Shown piece by piece: positions 57,991-64,000 of a DNA stretch of 64,000 bases. The notes under the pieces are model-generated. The model did no database searches. It had not been told where the DNA came from and saw only the letters and a program-made list of their open reading frames with translations. A program made the translations under genes and the position numbers. Each line of letters starts with the position of its first letter. Position 1 is the stretch's first letter. The stretch lies in the NCBI GenBank assembly GCA_965197925.1, contig CBDAOC010000020.1, positions 736,001 to 800,000 of the forward strand, in the 5' to 3' direction. Source of the DNA: Nitrososphaerales archaeon (GTDB lineage: Archaea > Thermoproteota > Nitrososphaeria > Nitrososphaerales > UBA213).

Positions 57991-58679
57991 TACTTGGAAG
58001 CGGCAATTATTACAGCGCCACCACTCATCCTAGTTTCAAACTTTACTTTGGTGAATTTCTCACTCAGCATTCTCTTGAGTTCAAAGTTTCTCGGTAATCT
58101 TTTGTAAGTTCCGTAAATAGCCCTGAACTTCAATCCCATGCTACCTGCAGCGAAGAATGCTAATACACTCATTATATATTTCAGGTAAAATGATATAGCT
58201 ATTCTATTAAATGCATTATCGGGTTTTCCAATATCAACTATTATTAATTTGCCGCGAGGCCGCAAAACCCTGTGAAATTCTGAGATGGCAATACTCATCA
58301 TTAATGCATCCCTAAATGAATAACCGCACATAACAGCATCAAATGTACCGTTATTAAATGGAAGAAATTCAAACACCCCCGTTATCAAAATCCTTTTCTT
58401 ATAAAATTCAGTTTTTGCTTTGGCCAACATTTCTGGAATAGGATCGAGCATTACTATGTACAAATCATCATTGCATTGATGTAATGCCTCTTTCGACATG
58501 TTGCCGTATCCAGAACCTGCATCAAGAACTAAATTGCCCTGCTTGATTCTGTTAAGGAGGCCAATCTTTCTATACTCTGCGTCTTTACCGAATGATATTA
58601 CGCGGTTTACCTGATCATATACGGGTATTACAGTTCTAAGAACATCTATGATCTCATGCCAGTAGCTTCCTAATCCCAA
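57990..58679 (-). CDS. UbiE/MenG-family methyltransferase
   Basis: YDQVNRVISFG, VLDAGSGYG, LPF..TFDAV, EFHRVLRPRG. Confidence 0.85.
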   Translation of the reverse strand: MGLGSYWHEIIDVLRTVIPVYDQVNRVISFGKDAEYRKIGLLNRIKQGNLVLDAGSGYGNMSKEALHQCNDDLYIVMLDPIPEMLAKAKTEFYKKRILITGVFEFLPFNNGTFDAVMCGYSFRDALMMSIAISEFHRVLRPRGKLIIVDIGKPDNAFNRIAISFYLKYIMSVLAFFAAGSMGLKFRAIYGTYKRLPRNFELKRMLSEKFTKVKFETRMSGGAVIIAASK

Positions 58680-60178
58680 GCGTACTCTAATTTAAGCAAT
58701 GATTATAACAATCTTGTTGTGATTTTAGAATACAGTTTTCCCAGTATAGATTGTATAGATTAAACTTGCTGGCATAACATATTCCTCAATGGTAAGCAAG
58801 AATTGCTATTCTTTCTCCCCACTTCCTGAATGCGGTACCTGTAAAGTTCATTACATTAATCTCCTGTCTATAGTCTCTTCTTATAATCCCAATATTCGTA
58901 CATCGGGTTCATAGTTTTCCTACTCCACCGCCCCCCAAATACGTGCCGTATGCAATATCCGTGAAATTCATTAGGACAACCCAGTGTGTATCTGACATCT
59001 TATTACAATCCAAACATTCGTACATTGGTTCCATTAATAGTACATATTGAGCATTAGGGATTAAAAAAAGGGCGGAAATTCCACCCTTAATTCTCTTCCA
59101 AAGGGGAAAAATTCTTATTTTAGATGGTCCATCGAGTCCGCTCCATTTACTACCAAATAGATTGAAGTGAAATACATACTTTCAATTACTTCTCAAAGTC
59201 ATTCATCTGTCTAAGGACCGGAGATTATTACATTATTTTCCTTAATTCAATAGATCTTTCTATGGAAACAACTTACTCTTACTATCTAAATCATACAACA
59301 GCATACTAAATATCTTGTAATAAACCGACTTTTCCATGCTTTTTCTATGTTGTCACCTCTAATATTCCTACTGACATCTAGAGGTTCCCTGATCATATGC
59401 AGGTATTACAGTTAGGTAAATCTGGGATTATTTTAAGCATCTTTCCGATCCCAAATCTACATTTTCAGTGTTTATGATATCAAGATTCGATAAATCAAAT
59501 GGTCGCCAATATGATGTATGTACTCTGTTTGCCCTTTTAACCGCCATGAATGCAAAGATTCCCGCTAGAAATAATGTTGCCATTTGGATAACTAGAAAAA
59601 ACGATTTGTTTATTAACTCAGAGGATCTGGATATATTTACCAATTTTTTAACTTGGTATGAAGTTATAGATAGTTATCCTTTGGAATGAGTCATGAACTC
59701 AATAGTACCAAATTAATTCACTATTTCATTTTAACTCATTTGATAATCTGAGTTAATATTCTCAATACTCGAATGTTCCAGCCTTATCGTGAATTGTCCT
59801 AGGAATAAAATAAATTAAGAATTGGGTAGAATCAAGTTTCAACCAGGTGATGGATTTCCTCATTTTGTGGTATTTTAGGTACCAGGACTGGCGAAGGGAA
59901 CATATTGGAATCGATAGATCTAGTGTTACAACATACAAAAAAATATGAACAGATGTTTAACTTGAAAAGAATTCAATATATTACAATGTTAATCATAAAT
60001 TTCAACATCGTTGATTGAGATTTAAGGTAAAAGCAGTCGCGCGCGGAATATGAGGAGATAATTGTGAAATAACTGATATATTTCTGGATATTGCATACAA
60101 GATACTGTTTTTTGTTGCAAATTTACCATTAAAGTTTATATCCTATAAGGAAATACACAACGATATGGGGATGACAGG

Positions 60179-60430
60179 TTGATTGATATAGCTGAAGAGG
60201 TGCTGCAGCTGGTAAATAGGTCGGGTAAAATAGCACCTGAAGATATTCTGAGAAATCTCTCCTTGAGTAGCAAAACTACCTATGAAATCATTGGTTTCTT
60301 GGTCAAGTTTGGGTTGATTGAGTTCGACTACAATAAACAATACCTTTGCTTAACTTCACCCATGAAGAGATTTGTAGTAGAGTTAGCAAAAGAAAATCCT
60401 ATAGTTTCTACCTTCCAATTGAGTGTATAA
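60179..60430 (+). CDS. Small winged-helix protein
   Basis: IL.NLSLS.KTTYEIIGFLVKFGLIE.D pattern. Confidence 0.6.
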   Translation: MIDIAEEVLQLVNRSGKIAPEDILRNLSLSSKTTYEIIGFLVKFGLIEFDYNKQYLCLTSPMKRFVVELAKENPIVSTFQLSV

Positions 60431-60484
60431 TTATAGACGAGAAAGCTTCTCAGACTGATCATTTAATTTATATGACTGAATATT

Positions 60485-60754
60485 ATGAAGAAGGTACCAA
60501 ATTTGAATAATAAACGTGGTTTTTTAGAAATAATGTCAACTATGCTAGGCGTGTTGGAAGAACAATCAAGCAAAAAGACCTCACTGGCATCAAGAGCTAA
60601 CCTGAGTACCAGAGCGTCAAATAGATATGTTGATTCATTGGTTAGATTCAATTTTGCAGTCGAATCTAATGAATACGGACTTTGCATTACGGAAAAAGGT
60701 AGAGCGTTCTCAAACGAATATAGAAAATTAGAACAACTTGTACATAGTAATTAA
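60485..60754 (+). CDS. Archaeal winged-HTH regulator (HTH_45-like)
   Basis: KRGFLEIM...KKTSLASRANLS...RYVDSL......Y.ITEKGRAF. Confidence 0.8.
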   Translation: MKKVPNLNNKRGFLEIMSTMLGVLEEQSSKKTSLASRANLSTRASNRYVDSLVRFNFAVESNEYGLCITEKGRAFSNEYRKLEQLVHSN

Positions 60755-61489
60755 GGTGACTCTCTCCTGGTCTGCAGATGTGATAAAGTCTTACTAGATC
60801 CTGATAATATTAAAGAATTACATTTGTTAACTTTGAAATATAAGCAAATTTGAAACAAGTTTTCCCCTAATTGTTAATAGGATTAAAAGTTAGTGTTCTA
60901 GAACTTAACAGAACATAATGTAGACGATAATTTCTTTTTTATTTTTTTCATTATTATACTTCCGATGGTATTCACACATTACTTTCATAGAATTATGTGA
61001 TTATTGTAGAATGATTATAATATAATAGAACTTATAGCAATATTCAATGCAATCCCAATGGAGAAGATTTCGAAGACTTGCTAATATCCTAGCAACCCGT
61101 CCCCTGTCATTCATTAATTTGATTATGAATATTTGTAATTTTAGAGGTTAGTTGACCTTAATTTATCTTCCTAACAAATTCCCAATACAAATCGAATTGA
61201 TTACAAGTTTGACAGGAATTAAAGGGCATTCTAACAACCGAGGTATGGAAATGATAACATGAAATTGGAGCATGTCCATATGTTCGATCTGAATTGGCAA
61301 AGACATAATGTAAGCTACGCCAATCTATTATTAAATAGGAGATCATCAAGAAGGAGAAAAATTTCGTAAGATATTAGGTGATACAAACTATATAATAAAA
61401 ATTCTAGAATAAATTCATAGAGTAATATGTAGTAAACAACATAAGCCTTTTTATTACATTTTTTATGTCCTTGTTAAGGTAAAAAAAAC

Positions 61490-61979
61490 TTGATAAAAAA
61501 CAAAGCATACGCATTATTGTCAATAATAGCAGTAGGAAGCATGATAACTGCAGGTATCTCACAGCAAGCAGCTGCCACAAATTTCGGTGGTGAAGGTTGT
61601 ACACCCGGGTTCGGGAAGAACCATGTAAAAGCATGGTTAGACAAGTCCACCTTTGGACCCCGAAAGTACTTTTGATGATGCGTTCGACTGGATGATAACC
61701 ATAACTACAAAAGGTGGTAATAACAAGAAAGTTGAGGTAACAGATCCAACCCTTTTGCAAGCCTTGAATGCAGTTGGTGATGGTATCAATGCTCTGGCAC
61801 GTCATGCTGTAGCTGCCGCATTAAACGCTAACGAACTAAATGTCCCTTATGAATTCGAGAAAGGAGATATTCGCAATTTAGTGCAAGGTGTTGTTGATAA
61901 TCCAGAAACCATGGAAACTGTTAAGGACTTGTTGGATGGATTCAACAATGCGGGTTGTTCCATTAACGGCAAGAATTAA
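61490..61979 (+). pseudogene. Secreted protein, frameshifted near 61655
   Basis: Signal + EGCTPGF(G)KNH, then TLLQALN..G.GINALARHAVAAALNA in another frame. Confidence 0.7.
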
Positions 61980-62675
61980 AAAGACATCAGACTTCATATA
62001 ACCAATCTTTTTCCTTTTTTGACTAATTTTGGGAGTTTATCGAAAGTATTCTAGTTAACAACATGATTTTTTACATTTTATACATATTGCATTGACAGCT
62101 ACGTAGGATGTGACATTCATATCACTAAATGTATTCGGTAGGTCAAATGTACTCCGATCATTTTCTATGTCTATGCTTGCATTAATCAGGATTCTAGGAA
62201 GAACAACCTCATCTGTACGATGTTACAATAATTTATCTTTCGGTCACTGTTTTGAAGCAAGGGAATACAGAAAAGAGATGTAAAAAATATTCTATAAAAA
62301 ATTATTACAAGAATGACAATAGTGATAGATATATTCTGCATAAGAGCATATAAAGTGAGAAGATTGGATCACAAATATTATAGTGTAGAACAAAGTCCGA
62401 TATTAACTCATTGCATATAACATTTAAGCACGGAATATCTAAATGATATTATTTCTACAGTGCTCATTCTTTAATCCCAAATGCTTAATTTTATACCTTT
62501 TCTACTATTTTTTAGTTGTAATTATATGACTCGAATTCTATTACCTGTATCCTCCATAACAGATACAAATAGATTAAGAAAGTGAATATCAAGCTAAGCG
62601 ATGTAAGAATACGCTTTTGCTAAGCTTATCAATACCTGAAGCTTGATTTAAAAGAACAAGAGAGCAATCACTGCT

Positions 62676-64000
62676 ATGCTAAAGTACAGATGCCCAGACT
62701 GCAAAGGATCCCTCAATACGGACAAGATTTTTGATGGGCGTGTCCTGTTTTCCTGCAATAACTGCTCCTTGTATTCACTTGTCCCATTCAATGCAGATCT
62801 CGATGGAACATACATGGATTTTCTTGAACTGTATGATAACGGTGGAGATGAATTCACCACCAATAATCTCGAAGCACTTCTAGAGAGGGAAAAGATCCTG
62901 AGACCAAGAGAAGAGGTTGAAGCTATGCTACAGAACAATGGTGGTGACACCTTGATTAGAAATGTACTATCATCTAGGCGTGATTATGTAGTCGATTACA
63001 AAGCAATTGATGAACCCCTGCCGGAGATCGGCTGTTCTGCACATGAACTGGTAAATAGTGTATTAGCAGAGACTTTGGCCTGCAAAGGAATAGAACCATT
63101 GTTCAAATTTCAGGAAGAGGTAATCAAAAAAATTCTTGTGGGCAAAGATATAGTGATAGTTGCTCCAACAGCATCAGGTAAGACAGAGGCTTTTACCATT
63201 CCCATTCTGCATAATATTGCCAATGAAATATCACACTTCGGGTCATTACGAACTGGACAAGGCAGTATAAAGGCAATTTTTGTTTACCCAACAAAGGCAC
63301 TTGCCAGGGACCAGATGGCTAAGATAAACCAATTTGCCAAGCCGCTCGGTATCAGGATAGCTACCTTTGACGGTGATACACCATCCAGAGATAGAGATCT
63401 GATCCTGTCAAACCCACCGGACATAATTGTTACCAACTTTGACATTTTACATTATCATTTTCTACATAGAACAAGGTTTGCCAGATTGTTGAGAAGTGCG
63501 AAATGCCTGGTTGTTGATGAAGCACATGTCTATACTGGAATATTTGGTTCCAACATTCACTACATAATTAGACGGCTGCGACGCTTCTGCACAGGTCTAC
63601 AGATAATAGCCGCATCGGCAACTCTACCAAATGCAAAGGAGTTTTGTGAAAAGTTATTCCACTGTGATATGGATATTGTGCTAGGCAGGGGCAGAAAGGG
63701 TAGGATCTATTTTTCGATCCTATTCCCATCTTTGAGAACACAACGCTCCCTTATGCTGGATCTGGTAAAGGGACTAACATCAAATTCGCATAAGGTAATT
63801 TCGTTCTCAAACTCACATATCGGTGCTGAACTGCTTGCATTTTACGCATCAAAACAAGGTGTGAAGATAGGAGTGCATAGAGCTGGGCTAATGCCCAACG
63901 TAAGGAAGAGTGTGGAGGATGACTTTAAGCATGGAGACTTGATGGCTCTATCCTCAACACCAACACTCGAATTGGGAATTGATATTGGTGTTGTGGATGG
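62676..64000 (+). CDS. DEAH-box SF2 helicase (Hrq1/YprA-like) with N-terminal Zn ribbon; runs off the window
   Basis: Manual translation: MLKYRCPDC...CNNC; APTASGKTEAF; VYPTKALARDQ; VVDEAH; ASATL; HRAGL; STPTLELGIDIG. Confidence 0.9.
   Translation, partial: MLKYRCPDCKGSLNTDKIFDGRVLFSCNNCSLYSLVPFNADLDGTYMDFLELYDNGGDEFTTNNLEALLEREKILRPREEVEAMLQNNGGDTLIRNVLSSRRDYVVDYKAIDEPLPEIGCSAHELVNSVLAETLACKGIEPLFKFQEEVIKKILVGKDIVIVAPTASGKTEAFTIPILHNIANEISHFGSLRTGQGSIKAIFVYPTKALARDQMAKINQFAKPLGIRIATFDGDTPSRDRDLILSNPPDIIVTNFDILHYHFLHRTRFARLLRSAKCLVVDEAHVYTGIFGSNIHYIIRRLRRFCTGLQIIAASATLPNAKEFCEKLFHCDMDIVLGRGRKGRIYFSILFPSLRTQRSLMLDLVKGLTSNSHKVISFSNSHIGAELLAFYASKQGVKIGVHRAGLMPNVRKSVEDDFKHGDLMALSSTPTLELGIDIGVVD

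Noticed and set aside
62648..62950. Minus-strand 100-aa ORF
   Set aside because: It is antisense to the helicase starting at 62676.

Overview
An AT-rich archaeal window, very probably from a Nitrososphaerota (Thaumarchaeota) chromosome. This rests on aIF6, a zinc-type ferredoxin, three HPW(M)-type cupredoxins, a PEF-type CTERM tail and a BHB-intron tRNA. Housekeeping islands (ctaB, hisS, aIF6, ferredoxin, HDAC, tRNA-Ser, tatA, UbiE-like methyltransferase, Hrq1/YprA-like helicase) are interspersed with three small DDE insertion-sequence families (two IS-in-IS nestings), secreted and copper-binding protein genes, a two-component/Hpt cluster, and many genes broken by nonsense codons, frameshifts or short tandem duplications. 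Most notable are: (i) a ~410-bp non-coding array of ACGTTA motifs that converge on a 61-bp spacer and include a perfect 45-bp inverted repeat (51161-51572; centromere- or origin-like); (ii) a COG2403/ArcE-like gene next to carbamate kinase; (iii) a 14-bp VNTR that switches off a secreted protein; (iv) a two-intron tRNA-Ser(UGA); (v) a divergent pair of near-identical cupredoxins, one lacking the axial Met; and (vi) a metallothionein-like microprotein. All assignments come from motif recognition by eye; no searches were run.
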